A stretch of 64,000 bases of DNA from Verrucomicrobiales bacterium (GTDB lineage: Bacteria; Verrucomicrobiota; Verrucomicrobiia; Verrucomicrobiales; Akkermansiaceae): the NCBI GenBank assembly GCA_038204755.1, contig JBBRCO010000002.1, positions 8,404-72,403 of the forward strand, read 5' to 3'. Both the position numbers and the translations under genes were made by a program. Positions within the stretch are counted from its first letter, which is position 1; the number at the start of each line of letters is the position of its first letter. Below the pieces are notes generated by a model, which was not told where the DNA came from, did no database searches, and worked only from the letters and a program-made list of their open reading frames with translations. Shown here piece after piece: positions 48,792 through 59,559 of this stretch.

Positions 48792-50561
48792 ATGCTTCCC
48801 GAGCACGCCCCATTCACGTCTGACCAACGCCGCGCGTTGGATTCTCTCCTTGCTGGCCTCGATCCCGTACAACGCGGTTGGCTCAGTGGATTTCTTGCAG
48901 CGGTCGCGGCTCCAGCCCCTGTGGCTGCTTCTGCTCCGGTTTCCGCAGGGAAATTGTTCGTGCTCTACGGAACCGAATCCGGAAACTCCGAATCCTTAGC
49001 GGATCGCACGGTAAAAGAAGCCAAGAAGCGCGGTTTCCAAGCGGTCATGAAAAACATGTCCGATATTTCGCCCGCCGATCTGGCGAAGGCCTCGAACCTG
49101 CTCGTGATCATTTCGACTTGGGGCGATGGCGAACCACCGGAAACCGCCATCACCTTTTACAAGGATTTCATGAGTGCCGGGCTGGCGCTTTCCGGCGTCC
49201 GTTATTCTGTTCTGGCCCTGGGCGACACATCCTACGAAAAGTTTTGTCAGACTGGCAAGGACATCGATGCCCGGCTGGAAGCGCTCGGTGCCGCCCGCGT
49301 TTTCGCCCGTCAGGATTGCGACGTGGACTACGAGGAAAACTACGTTTCATGGCTCGACAACAGCCTGAAGGCCCTCGCTCCTGCTGGCGCCGCTCCTGCC
49401 ATATCCGCAGCTCCGGTGGCCGCCACGTTTGCCGTCGAATATGGGAAAACGAATCCGTTTCCTGCGGAAATGATCGATACCATTGTTCTCAACGGCGAAG
49501 GCTCGGCCAAGGAAACACTGCACCTGGAATTTTCCCTCGCAGGTTCCGGCCTTTCCTATGAGCCCGGCGACGCCCTGGCGGTGCTTCCGGTGAACGCGCC
49601 GGATGTCGTGAAAGCCATCATCCAAGCCGCCAAGCTCACCGGTAACGAGGAAATCGAAGTGAAAAACGTGGGCCGCAAGCTGCTTGCCGACGCCCTGCGC
49701 GAGGACTACGACATCACCGCCATTTCCCGCGCGGTTCTCACGAAACTCGCGGAAGCACTCAATTCCACAGTCCTGCGCGGCTTGCTCTCCGAGGATGCGA
49801 AAGAACGCCTCAAGGAATACACAGCCGGCCGCGAGATCATTGATGCAATTGTCGATTTTGCGCCTAACGGCCTATCAGCCAAGGCTCTCACCGGAATCTT
49901 CCGCAAGCTTCCGCCGCGGCTCTATTCGATCGCTTCCAGTCCGCTGGCCCATGATAACGAGGTGCATCTCACCGTCGCCGCCCTCCGCTACGAAACCCAC
50001 GGCCGCCAGCGCAAGGGCGTTTGTTCAACCTATCTCGCAGACCTCGTGAAATCGGGCGATCCCGTGCAGGTCTTCGTCCAGCCGAACAAGAATTTCCGCC
50101 TTCCCGCCGATCCCGCCACGCCGATCATCATGGTCGGGCCGGGCACTGGTATTGCCCCGTTCCGCGCCTTTGTCGAGCACCGCGCGGCCACCGGCAGTGG
50201 TGGCAAGAACTGGCTGATCTTCGGCGACCAGCACTACACCTATGACTTCCTCTATCAGCTTGAGTGGCAGGATTTCCTCAAGGATGGGGCGCTCACCCGC
50301 CTCGACGTCGCATTCTCCCGCGACCAGCCGGAGAAGGTGTATGTCCAGGACCGCATGATCGAGCAGGCGGATGAACTCTATCAATGGCTTGAGGAAGGCG
50401 CCCATTTCTACGTCTGCGGCGATGCCAACCGGATGGCCTGCGATGTCCATCAGGCGCTTTTGACCGTGGTGGAAATTCAGGCGGGCATTTCCCGCGAAGC
50501 CGCCGAAGCTTATGTCGAGGATCTCAAGAAGGCCAAACGTTATCAACGCGACGTCTATTGA
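48792..50561 (+). CDS. cysJ: Sulfite reductase flavoprotein alpha subunit
   Basis: YGTESGN, STWGDG, RLYSIAS, GPGTGIAPFR, YVCGD, RYQRDVY. Confidence 0.96.
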   Translation: MLPEHAPFTSDQRRALDSLLAGLDPVQRGWLSGFLAAVAAPAPVAASAPVSAGKLFVLYGTESGNSESLADRTVKEAKKRGFQAVMKNMSDISPADLAKASNLLVIISTWGDGEPPETAITFYKDFMSAGLALSGVRYSVLALGDTSYEKFCQTGKDIDARLEALGAARVFARQDCDVDYEENYVSWLDNSLKALAPAGAAPAISAAPVAATFAVEYGKTNPFPAEMIDTIVLNGEGSAKETLHLEFSLAGSGLSYEPGDALAVLPVNAPDVVKAIIQAAKLTGNEEIEVKNVGRKLLADALREDYDITAISRAVLTKLAEALNSTVLRGLLSEDAKERLKEYTAGREIIDAIVDFAPNGLSAKALTGIFRKLPPRLYSIASSPLAHDNEVHLTVAALRYETHGRQRKGVCSTYLADLVKSGDPVQVFVQPNKNFRLPADPATPIIMVGPGTGIAPFRAFVEHRAATGSGGKNWLIFGDQHYTYDFLYQLEWQDFLKDGALTRLDVAFSRDQPEKVYVQDRMIEQADELYQWLEEGAHFYVCGDANRMACDVHQALLTVVEIQAGISREAAEAYVEDLKKAKRYQRDVY

Positions 50562-50595
50562 TCTCAAATCTGAGATTTCAAATTTCAAATTCCAT
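50561..50595. repeat. Five copies of a 7-nt tandem repeat (ATYTCAA-like)
   Basis: atctcaa atctgag atttcaa atttcaa attccat. Confidence 0.7.
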
Positions 50596-50600
50596 TTCCC

Positions 50601-52325
50601 ATGTCCGAAGAAAAGAAACTCGCCGCCAACGAATATATCAAGATCCGCAGCAACTACCTGCGCGGCACCATTGAGGAAGGACTTGCCGATCTTTCCACCG
50701 GCTCGATGTGTGAGGACGACCAGCAGCTCCTCAAGTTCCACGGAACCTATCAGCAGGACGATCGCGACATCCGGGCCGGCCGCCGCAAGCACAAGCTGGA
50801 GAAGGCATATTCTTTCATGATCCGCATCCGCGTGCCCGGCGGTGTGGCCACACCGCAGCAGTGGTTGGAAACAGACCGACTCGCGACCCAGTTTGCAAAC
50901 GGCACCATCAAGCTCACCACGCGCCAGGCGTTTCAGTTCCACGGCATTATCAAGACGAACCTGAAGCGCACGATCAAGGAGATCAACCAGACCGCCATGG
51001 ACACCATCGCCGCCTGCGGGGATGTGAACCGGAACGTGATGTGCAATCCGAATCCGTATCTATCCGGTATCCACGCGCAGGCACTGAAAGCGGCGGAGGA
51101 AATTTCCGCACACCTCACTCCGCAGACCCGCGCCTATCATGAGATCTGGCTGGACGGCGAGAAGATCGAGTCGAGCGAAGAGGAAATCGAGCCGATCTAC
51201 GGCAAGACCTATCTGCCGCGGAAATTCAAAATCACCATCGCCGTGCCGCCGTCCAACGACGTCGATATTTATGCGAACTGCCTTTCCTTCATCGCCATCG
51301 TTGAAGCCGGAAAACTCGTCGGCTACAACGTCGCTGTCGGCGGCGGCATGGGTTCGACCCACGGCAATGAAGCGACCTATCCGCGCATCGCCGACGTGAT
51401 CGGCTTCTGCACGCCGGAGCAGGTCGTGGACGTCGCGGAAAAAGTCGTGCTCGTGCAGCGCGACTTCGGCGACCGCACCGATAGAAAACACTCGCGTTTT
51501 AAATACACCGTGGACGATCACGGTCCGGTCTGGATACTCGCCAAGATCAACGAGTACCTCGGCTATGACCTCGGCCCGGTGCGCGATTTCAAATTCGAGG
51601 ACAATGGCGACCGTTACGGCTGGACCGAGGATGCGAATGGCAACTCCCACCTCACGCTTTACATCTCCGGCGGTCGCGTGCTCGACACGCCGTCCTATCC
51701 GATGCGCACCGGTCTTCGCGAGATCGCTAAAATTCACGACGGTGACTTCCGCCTCACCGCGAACCAGAACCTGATCATCGCCAACGTCTCGCAGGCCAAA
51801 CGGCTCGAAATCGAAGCGCTGTTGGAAAAGCACGGCATCCAGGACAGTCATTTGAAGAGCGCGCTGCGTCTCAACTCGATGTCATGCGTCGCCCTGCCGA
51901 CCTGCGGCCTCGCCCTCGCCGAAGCCGAACGGTATCTCCCTGAACTGGTCACGGAACTTGAGGAATCACTGGAGGAAAACGGCCTCCGCCACGACGCCAT
52001 CACCATCCGCATGACCGGCTGCCCTAACGGTTGTTCCCGTCCGTTCATCGCCGAGATCGGCTTCGTCGGCCGCGGACCGGATCGCTACAACGTTTATCTC
52101 GGCGGTGGATTCGCCGGCCAGCGGCTGTCGAAACTCTATCGGGAAGACGTCGCAGCAGAGGAAATCAAGCCGCTGCTCGCCCCCATCTTCCGCCACTATG
52201 CCAAGGCCAGGATCGATGGCGAACGTTTCGGAGATTTCTGCATTCGGACCGGGTATGTGAACGCCACCATTCAAGGCCCGGACTTCCATAAGAATCTGAA
52301 ACCCGAGGCGCACGTCGCCGTTTAA
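50601..52325 (+). CDS. cysI: Sulfite reductase hemoprotein beta subunit
   Basis: KFHG.YQQDDRD, LPRKFK, CVALPTC, MTGCPNGC. Confidence 0.97.
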   Translation: MSEEKKLAANEYIKIRSNYLRGTIEEGLADLSTGSMCEDDQQLLKFHGTYQQDDRDIRAGRRKHKLEKAYSFMIRIRVPGGVATPQQWLETDRLATQFANGTIKLTTRQAFQFHGIIKTNLKRTIKEINQTAMDTIAACGDVNRNVMCNPNPYLSGIHAQALKAAEEISAHLTPQTRAYHEIWLDGEKIESSEEEIEPIYGKTYLPRKFKITIAVPPSNDVDIYANCLSFIAIVEAGKLVGYNVAVGGGMGSTHGNEATYPRIADVIGFCTPEQVVDVAEKVVLVQRDFGDRTDRKHSRFKYTVDDHGPVWILAKINEYLGYDLGPVRDFKFEDNGDRYGWTEDANGNSHLTLYISGGRVLDTPSYPMRTGLREIAKIHDGDFRLTANQNLIIANVSQAKRLEIEALLEKHGIQDSHLKSALRLNSMSCVALPTCGLALAEAERYLPELVTELEESLEENGLRHDAITIRMTGCPNGCSRPFIAEIGFVGRGPDRYNVYLGGGFAGQRLSKLYREDVAAEEIKPLLAPIFRHYAKARIDGERFGDFCIRTGYVNATIQGPDFHKNLKPEAHVAV

Positions 52326-52350
52326 CCAAATCTCTGACTCCCGCTCCCTC

Positions 52351-53097
52351 ATGGAAGCACTCAAATTCGAAATACCCACCGTGATTTCTCACGATATTGA
52401 TCCCGAAGGGCTCACTGCCGCCCTCGCACCCTTGCGCGCGGGCGACCGGCTCCGTCTGCTATATGATCAGCTCGGCGAGCGCTTGGTGGCCACCACCAGC
52501 TTCGGCATCCAGGCGGCGGTCATGCTGCATCTGATCCACGAACACGCGCCGAAAATTCCAGTCGTTTTCATCGATACCGGGTTCCTGTTTCCTGAAACCT
52601 ATCAATATGCCGAGGAACTGACGTCGAAGTTCGATCTCGACCTGCGGATCTATCAACCCACGGTTTCCGCCGCGCGCCTTCAGGCGATTCATGGAAACCT
52701 CTGGGACCAGGGCAAGGAAGGCGCCGATCGTTACGGCCTGATCACCAAGGTTGAGCCGATGAACCGCGCGCTGCGTGAAACTGGTGCCGACGTCTGGCTC
52801 AGCGGCCTGCGCAGGTCGCAATCCAAGACCCGCGAGGACCGGACGTTCGTCGAGCAGCAGAAGAAAACCGTGAAGGCCTATCCGATTCTCGATTGGGCGG
52901 ACGCGCAGGTTGATCTTTATTTCCATCAGAACGGCCTGCCGCGCCACCCGCTGGCGGAGAAGGGCTACGTCACGATGGGCGACTGGCATAGCACGCGCCC
53001 CTCGGAAGACGGCTCCACCGATTCCACTCGTTTCAACGGCGAGAAGTTCGAGTGCGGCTTGCATCTTGACTCCGGTTCCCCTGATTTCCAGATTTGA
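52351..53097 (+). CDS. cysH: Phosphoadenylyl-sulfate reductase
   Basis: SFG, DTG.LFPETY, GLRR.QS, ECGLH; no CC pair. Confidence 0.94.
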   Translation: MEALKFEIPTVISHDIDPEGLTAALAPLRAGDRLRLLYDQLGERLVATTSFGIQAAVMLHLIHEHAPKIPVVFIDTGFLFPETYQYAEELTSKFDLDLRIYQPTVSAARLQAIHGNLWDQGKEGADRYGLITKVEPMNRALRETGADVWLSGLRRSQSKTREDRTFVEQQKKTVKAYPILDWADAQVDLYFHQNGLPRHPLAEKGYVTMGDWHSTRPSEDGSTDSTRFNGEKFECGLHLDSGSPDFQI

Positions 53098-53101
53098 GGC
53101 A

Positions 53102-53194
53102 AGACATAAGACTTAAGAAAAAATTCCCATGTCCATGAACAGCCGTCACGTTCTTGCTCCCTTCTTGTGTCTAATGTTTTTAAGTCTTACGTCT
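53102..53194. repeat. 15-nt imperfect inverted repeat built of ~7-nt units
   Basis: AGACATAAGACTTAA (53102-53116) / TTAAGTCTTACGTCT (53180-53194), 14/15 complementary. Confidence 0.65.
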
Positions 53195-53226
53195 CATTTT
53201 CAATCCCCATACCTAACGAATTCCCC

Positions 53227-54186
53227 ATGAACATTGCTCCAAACATGGTTGCCACCGTTGGCAATACTCCGCTGATCCGCCTCAACCACGTCACCAAAGG
53301 TCTCGAAGCCGAGGTCTGTGTGAAGGCCGAGTTTTTCAACCCGCTCTTCAGCGTGAAGGATCGGATCGGCAAGGCGATGATCGAAGCCGCTGAAAAAGAC
53401 GGCTCGCTCAAGCCTGGCGGACTCATCATCGAGCCCACCTCCGGTAACACCGGCATCGCGCTGGCCTTCATCGCCCGCTCCAAAGGTTACCGCTGCATCC
53501 TGACCATGCCCGAGAGCATGTCGATCGAGCGCCGCGTGCTGCTCCGTCTGTTGGGTGCGGAAATCGTGCTCACCCCGCGGGCTCGCGGCATGAACGGTGC
53601 CATCGCGATGGCGAAGAAACTCATTGAGGAAAACCCGGGTGCGTTCGGCCCCGGTCAGTTTGACAATCCTGCCAATCCACAAGTCCACCGCGAGACGACC
53701 GCCGAGGAAATCTGGCGCGATACCGATGGTGAGGTGGACGCATTCGTTGCCGGTGTCGGCACCGGCGGCACGCTGACCGGTGTGGGTGAGGTTTTGAAAT
53801 CCCGCCGCGACGTGAAGGTTTTCGCAGTGGAGCCGGTTGGTAGCCCGGTGATTTCCGGCGGTGCTCCCGGCCCGCACATGATTCAGGGCATCGGTGCCGG
53901 CTTCATTCCGAAGAACCTCAATGTTTCCGTTATTGACGAAATCATCCAGGTCTCCAACGAGGACGCCATCGCCACTGCCCAGGCACTCGCCCAGGAAGAA
54001 GGCCTGCCAGCCGGCATCTCCACCGGTGCGAACGTATGGGCCTCCATCCAAGTCGCCAAGCGCCCTGAATACAAAGGTAAGCGCATCGTCACGATAGGTT
54101 GCTCGTCCACCGAGCGCTACCTCTCGACCGCCCTGGCGGAGAAGGTGCGTGAGGAAGTGACGAATCTGCCGGTTCACGAGATCTAA
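53227..54186 (+). CDS. cysK: Cysteine synthase A
   Basis: GNTPL, SVKDRI, EPTSGNTG, GVGTGGT, H.IQGIG. Confidence 0.96.
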   Translation: MNIAPNMVATVGNTPLIRLNHVTKGLEAEVCVKAEFFNPLFSVKDRIGKAMIEAAEKDGSLKPGGLIIEPTSGNTGIALAFIARSKGYRCILTMPESMSIERRVLLRLLGAEIVLTPRARGMNGAIAMAKKLIEENPGAFGPGQFDNPANPQVHRETTAEEIWRDTDGEVDAFVAGVGTGGTLTGVGEVLKSRRDVKVFAVEPVGSPVISGGAPGPHMIQGIGAGFIPKNLNVSVIDEIIQVSNEDAIATAQALAQEEGLPAGISTGANVWASIQVAKRPEYKGKRIVTIGCSSTERYLSTALAEKVREEVTNLPVHEI

Positions 54187-54203
54187 CGATCGTTTCCAAT
54201 CTC

Positions 54204-54238
54204 ACGCCGGGACCTTCCAGCAAAGTCCCGGCGTTTTT
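54204..54238 (+). terminator. Rho-independent terminator after cysK
   Basis: ACGCCGGGAC...GTCCCGGCGT followed by TTTT. Confidence 0.8.
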
Positions 54239-54893
54239 GCGCCAGAGTCTGGGGTGATTCAGGAGTTCCAGCCTGTTCTGCCACAAGGCACAGCCACCAT
54301 TCCGTCGCATACGTCGATAAGGCCGATGAAATGGGTGAGCTGGGCGGTAAAGGAGCGCCACGATGTGACTCCACTGGCTTTCCACGCGGAAGCCCTGCGT
54401 GAATTTGCCGCTTTCATGCGCAAAATCAGATAGGGAAGTTGATTCTGGTCTGAAATGGTAAAGATCAATACCGATTACAGGGGTTGAACCAAACCTATGA
54501 AAACAATCCACAAAATCCTGAATCTCTATTCCATGAGCCCACTCATATTTGGGATAACCTTGTCTCAATCCAACGCGATGTTCTGAGCCTTGACCAGCGC
54601 ACGGGTGGAGGTGCTTGGGTATAATTGGGTAACTATAGTTTTGCCTTTGGAACCGCAGGCAGCGTGATGATTGAAAAGGCAGGCACGATCAATTTCGTCA
54701 TGGCAGATGCCATCCGGTTTATGCCAAACCAAGGTCTGTTTGTTTCTTTCATGCCATCCTCCCGTCTGGGGAGGATGGCATTTATTTTGTGATTCGTGGT
54801 GAACGCCCGGAGGACACTCGAAGGGGTCAAACCACGGGCGAAGAAGTCCCGTTTCATAATGCGGATTCACCACCAATTTCAGTGCTACCCAAT

Positions 54894-56960
54894 TCAGGGT
54901 TCCGGAACGGGCTCGACGATGATCACGGCGCGAGGGGCTTCCTCCTTGGGGTCTTCGGGCTCCTTCGCCGGTGTGATGTCCTCATGCTGCGAGAGATTCG
55001 CGTTGGACAGAACCTGCGGGCTGGCGTTCTGGGAGGCGGTGTTACCGGTGTAGGCTGCGGGTGATAGGCCTTTTTCGAGGATGAGGCCGGGGCCATGGTT
55101 GAGCAGCGCCTGATTGCCGGTGACGGGCAGGTTCGCAGCGGCGGCGCGGATGACGAGGCCGCCTAGCAGGTTGGCGCGGGCGGTGTTTCCTGAAATTTTT
55201 CCGGTGCCCGCGCTGTCGAGCACGAGGCCGAACTCGCGGTTCGCGATGAGTTGATTCCCGGTGATGGTGGCGGAGGCGGGGCCGTTGTCGGCGTGGATGC
55301 CGTTGCGGCTGTTTCCCTCGCAGCGATTGTTGGTTAGAATGACGGCGGCTCCGTCCCATGACTCGATGCCGTGCTCGAAATTGCCTAGCGATTCGGAGTC
55401 CTTCACTTCGAGCGTGCAGCCCTCGCCGATGGCGGCGACGCCGTTCCAACCGTTGTTCGCAAAGCGGCAGCGGTCGGCGGTGGCCTGGCCTTTTTCGATG
55501 ACCGCGAGGCCGTGACCGCTGGCGTCGTTGAAGCGGCAATCGGTGAAAACCGCGCCGCCGCCGCGGACGAGGGCGACGGCAAAGCGGTCGGTTCCGATGG
55601 CGAAGGACTTGTGGCGGAAGGTGATGCCGGTGACGCGTGTACCCTTCGCGCCGGGACCGATGGTGATGGCGCTGCCGTCTTCCGGTGAGCACTCGACGGT
55701 GGTTTTCGTGGGATCCTCGCTCTGGAGATCGACGGCGGTGTTGATGACGAGCGGACCTTTCCAAGTCTGCGCGGCGAGGATGATGCGGTCGCGGTCGCGG
55801 GCTTGGGCGAGTGCTTCTTCCGGCGTGGCAAAATCGCCGGGGACGCGCAGGGTGCGGGTGTAGCTGGAAAGTTTTTCCAATTGCGCGGTGATCTGCGCGT
55901 TATCGGGATCGAGGGATTTTGCTTCGCGAAGCCAGTCGAGGGATTGCTGGTCGAACTGACCTTGGTCGCGGGCGAGGGCCATTTTCAGGAGATCGGCGGC
56001 TTTCGTTTGGTTAGCGGCGGCCTTTTCCCGCGCGGCGGTGGCGTCGGCGACGAGGGACTTTGCATCGGGATCGTCGGGCAGGTTGGCGAGGATGGACTTG
56101 GCGGTTTGAATGGCGTCGTTCCATTTCCGTTGGTCGAGCTGGGCGCGGGCGGCAGTGAGCGTGGCGGTGCGGGACTGGCTTGCGCGGGCAGCGTTGATGC
56201 GGCTAACGAGGGCGGTGGCTTCCGCGTGGTTCGGGTATTTGTCGAGGACCTGGCGGGCAGATGCGGTGGCTTCGTCGAGACGGCCGACTTCGAGTTCTGC
56301 TAGAGTTTGGCCGGTCCAGTAACCGATGAACTGGGTTTGCTCCTCGGTCATTCCGGCCTCGATGCTGCGTCGGCCCAGCAGGGAGATTTCAGAGCCGGGA
56401 GATAGGCTTTCGATTTCGGTAAACGCCTGGGTGGCTTCCGGCCAGCGGCGGTTCTCGATGAAGATGGAGCCTTGTCGCTCGAGGAAGGCGATGCGCGTCT
56501 GGCGTTGTTCTGTTTTCGACCGTTCGTTTTCCAGATAGATCCAGCCGCCGCCGGATGCTGCTAACAAAACGATGAGGAGCCAGGCGAAAATTGATAGGGT
56601 GCGCTTGCGGCGTGGGGCGGGTTCGTCGTCTGTTTGGAAATCAACGGCAGGTGATTTTTTCGGAACAGCGGGAGAGGGGATTTTCTTCTGACGGGTGGTG
56701 GCGTCCTGTGGGCTGGTGACTGGCACAGGCGGCAGCGGAGGAGCGGCGAGGCCGGTGGCTTCGAGGTGTTCCTGGACGGCGGCGAGCGCCTGATCGAACT
56801 CGATGAGGCCTTTCTGATAGCGGTCGCCGAGTGTGTCGTTAGGCGCGGTGCGGACGAGCTCGGCGATGCGTTCGCGGGCTTCTTTGAACTCAGCGAGGTG
56901 GATGCGCGGATCTTCGTTCGGGCCGAGTCCGAGGATCTTGCTGGCTTCTGTGAATGTCAT
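54894..56960 (-). CDS. Membrane protein with J-like N-terminus, TPR-like helices and right-handed beta-helix
   Basis: EA..ILGL start, single TM, helical repeats, N..HGI/N..NGI beta-helix repeats. Confidence 0.75.
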   Translation of the reverse strand: MTFTEASKILGLGPNEDPRIHLAEFKEARERIAELVRTAPNDTLGDRYQKGLIEFDQALAAVQEHLEATGLAAPPLPPVPVTSPQDATTRQKKIPSPAVPKKSPAVDFQTDDEPAPRRKRTLSIFAWLLIVLLAASGGGWIYLENERSKTEQRQTRIAFLERQGSIFIENRRWPEATQAFTEIESLSPGSEISLLGRRSIEAGMTEEQTQFIGYWTGQTLAELEVGRLDEATASARQVLDKYPNHAEATALVSRINAARASQSRTATLTAARAQLDQRKWNDAIQTAKSILANLPDDPDAKSLVADATAAREKAAANQTKAADLLKMALARDQGQFDQQSLDWLREAKSLDPDNAQITAQLEKLSSYTRTLRVPGDFATPEEALAQARDRDRIILAAQTWKGPLVINTAVDLQSEDPTKTTVECSPEDGSAITIGPGAKGTRVTGITFRHKSFAIGTDRFAVALVRGGGAVFTDCRFNDASGHGLAVIEKGQATADRCRFANNGWNGVAAIGEGCTLEVKDSESLGNFEHGIESWDGAAVILTNNRCEGNSRNGIHADNGPASATITGNQLIANREFGLVLDSAGTGKISGNTARANLLGGLVIRAAAANLPVTGNQALLNHGPGLILEKGLSPAAYTGNTASQNASPQVLSNANLSQHEDITPAKEPEDPKEEAPRAVIIVEPVPEP

Positions 56961-56987
56961 CTGAGGGGGAGGGGAAAGTGGGTGAAA

Positions 56988-58625
56988 TCAGCCGATGAAC
57001 CTCTGGACGATCGGCATCCGGCGCCCGATGCCAAAGGCCTTGGACGTCACGCGTAGGCCGGGAGCCGCCTGGTGGCGTTTCCATTCGTTGAGATCGACGC
57101 GGCGCTGGATCCAGCGGACGGTGGTTTCATCGAAGCCGCGGGAGATGATTTCGTCGGATGAAAGCTGGAACTCGACGTAGAGTTCGAGGATTTTATCAAG
57201 CACTTCATAAGGCGGCAGGGTGTCCTGATCCTTTTGGTCCGGCCGGAGTTCGGCGCTGGGTGGCTTGTCGATGGTGTTCCACGGGATGATCTCGCGCTCG
57301 CGGTTGAGCCAGCGGGAGACTTCGTAAACACGTATTTTCGGCAGGTCCGAAATCACCGCGAGGCCGCCGCACATGTCGCCGTAGATGGTGCAGTATCCGA
57401 CGGCGAGTTCACTTTTGTTACCGGTTGTTAGGAGGAGGTGATTGTCCTTGTTGGAAAGTGACATGAGAAGCAATCCGCGGATGCGGGCCTGCATGTTTTC
57501 CTCGGTGACGTCCTCGGGCTTTCCGGCGAAGATGGGGGCCATGGTCGCCTTGATCGCTTCGAAGGGCGTGACGATCGGGACCTCGGTACACTGGATGCCT
57601 AGGTTTTTCGCTAGAGCAAAGGAATCGTCCACGCTGCCCCGCGACGAATACGGGCTGGGCATGGTGAGTCCGACGACGTTTTCCGGGCCGAGCGCATCGG
57701 CGGCGATGGCGGCGGTGAGCGCGGAATCGATCCCGCCGCTGAGGCCGAGGCAGACGCTGGAAAATCCGCATTTCGTGACGTAGTCGCGGACGCCGAGGAC
57801 GAGGGCCTGATAGAGCTGCTCGGGATCGCAATCTTCGAAAGGCGTTTCGTTTTCCACGGCTTGAAATGGATCGAGCACGCGGCAAGCGATTTCAAACCCC
57901 GGAAGCTGTGCGGCGATGCGGCCGGTGGCGTCGGTGACGAGTGAGTGGCCGTCGAAAACGAGTTGGTCGTTCGCACCGACCGCATTGCAATAGACGACCG
58001 GCACCTTGGCCTTGCGGGCGACGCCGCCGATCATCGCGCGGCGCAGGCGGGGCTTGCCGAGATGGAACGGGGAGGCGGAGAGATTGAGCAGGATATCGAT
58101 GCCCTTCGCGCAGAGTTCGTCCACCGGATCGCGGTCGTAAAACGGGCGCTGGAGGTAGTCCTCGGTCCAGATGTCCTCGCAGATCGTCACGCCGAAGCGC
58201 TTGCCTTTCCAAAGGATAGGCTCGTTGGATTCACCGGGCTCGAAGTAGCGGCGCTCGTCGAAAACATCGTAGGTCGGCAGCAGCGTTTTCCAAATCCGGT
58301 GGCGGATTTCGCCCTGTTCGAGCCACGCAGCGGCGTTGCGGAATGGTTTCCCCGGGCGGGAGGGATGGTGGTGGTCCACGTAACCGACGAGCAGCGGCAC
58401 TTCGCGGATTTCCCCGGCCAGGTAGTCCAGCGCTTGCAGGCATTTCGGCACAAATTGCGATTTAAAAACGAGGTCGCGCGGCGGGTAGCCGACGAGGGAG
58501 AGTTCCGGAGTCACCACCAGCTCCGCGCCGGCGTCCAGGCACTCGCGGTAGGCCGCGAGGATGCGTTTCGCGTTGCCGGGGAAGTCTCCGACGACCGGGT
58601 TGATTTGGGCGAGGCTGATTTTCAT
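56988..58625 (-). CDS. nadE: Glutamine-dependent NAD+ synthetase
   Basis: PEL...GYPP.DL, ICED, LSGGIDS, TGNKSE, PSAEL. Confidence 0.96.
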   Translation of the reverse strand: MKISLAQINPVVGDFPGNAKRILAAYRECLDAGAELVVTPELSLVGYPPRDLVFKSQFVPKCLQALDYLAGEIREVPLLVGYVDHHHPSRPGKPFRNAAAWLEQGEIRHRIWKTLLPTYDVFDERRYFEPGESNEPILWKGKRFGVTICEDIWTEDYLQRPFYDRDPVDELCAKGIDILLNLSASPFHLGKPRLRRAMIGGVARKAKVPVVYCNAVGANDQLVFDGHSLVTDATGRIAAQLPGFEIACRVLDPFQAVENETPFEDCDPEQLYQALVLGVRDYVTKCGFSSVCLGLSGGIDSALTAAIAADALGPENVVGLTMPSPYSSRGSVDDSFALAKNLGIQCTEVPIVTPFEAIKATMAPIFAGKPEDVTEENMQARIRGLLLMSLSNKDNHLLLTTGNKSELAVGYCTIYGDMCGGLAVISDLPKIRVYEVSRWLNREREIIPWNTIDKPPSAELRPDQKDQDTLPPYEVLDKILELYVEFQLSSDEIISRGFDETTVRWIQRRVDLNEWKRHQAAPGLRVTSKAFGIGRRMPIVQRFIG

Positions 58626-58776
58626 GCTCGCACTCAGAAAACACCCGCTCCCGACATGGGCAAAAGGAAAAACCGAGATTCCTTGCGATGGGGGCGATTT
58701 CGTCACGCAAATCGACATCAACGACGGCTTGCCGTTTGCAAATTTGGCGTCTAGCCTTTGCGCAATTACTCATTCC

Positions 58777-59550
58777 ATGAAAGCCATCACCCTCCTCTCC
58801 CTGCTTGTTTCGATGACCCCACTGCTGGCCCAGGAAGGAACGGCCAAGGTCGAAGCCGCTGCGGCAGCCAGCCAAAAAGAGCTGATGCCAAACCAAAAGG
58901 CCTTCCTCAATCTCCCGGAGGAAAGCCGCAAGGAGTTCATCAAGCACCTCGGCGAGGCCAGCCGGCTTTTCCAACAGAAGCGTGTTTTCGAAACGCTCGA
59001 AGAAGTGGACAAGGCCTCGAAAATTTTCGCCGACAGCCCGGAAGTGCTCAACATGCGCGGCAGTTGTTTTGTCGAGATGCGCGCGTTCGATAAGGCGCTC
59101 GTTCAGTTTCAGCAAGCCGCCGCGCTCGCCAAGGATAATCCGAGTATCGAGTTCAACATCGCCGAAGTGCTTTTCTGCACCAAGCAATGGCAGAAGGCGC
59201 ACGACCTGTTTCAGAAGATCAGTAAAGCGCTGCCACCCGAGAATACCGCCCTCGGCCGGTTAGTGGAATTCAAGATCCTGCTGTGCAAAAAGAAACTCGG
59301 CCAGAATGCCGAAGTCGCCATCCTCGCGGAGAAATACGATTTCCTCGATGACTCGCCGTATTACTACTATTCAAAGGCCGCCCTCGCCTACGATGCGAAC
59401 GATCTCGTGAAAGCCGAAGAATGGCTTGGCATCGCGGGGCGCATTTTCACCGACCCTAACGCCCTCGCTCCGTGGCAGGACACGCTCGTGGAATACGGCT
59501 ACATCAAGAGCTTCTACGGCGACGATGCTGCTGCTGCCGCCGAGAAATAA
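58777..59550 (+). CDS. Secreted TPR protein
   Basis: Signal peptide plus TPR-like helical repeats. Confidence 0.75.
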   Translation: MKAITLLSLLVSMTPLLAQEGTAKVEAAAAASQKELMPNQKAFLNLPEESRKEFIKHLGEASRLFQQKRVFETLEEVDKASKIFADSPEVLNMRGSCFVEMRAFDKALVQFQQAAALAKDNPSIEFNIAEVLFCTKQWQKAHDLFQKISKALPPENTALGRLVEFKILLCKKKLGQNAEVAILAEKYDFLDDSPYYYYSKAALAYDANDLVKAEEWLGIAGRIFTDPNALAPWQDTLVEYGYIKSFYGDDAAAAAEK

Positions 59551-59559
59551 GCGCCGTTC

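Noticed and set aside
54240-54880. AT-richer stretch with several short ORFs
   Set aside because: No recognisable motif or consistent frame; possibly a decayed gene, but I cannot support a call.
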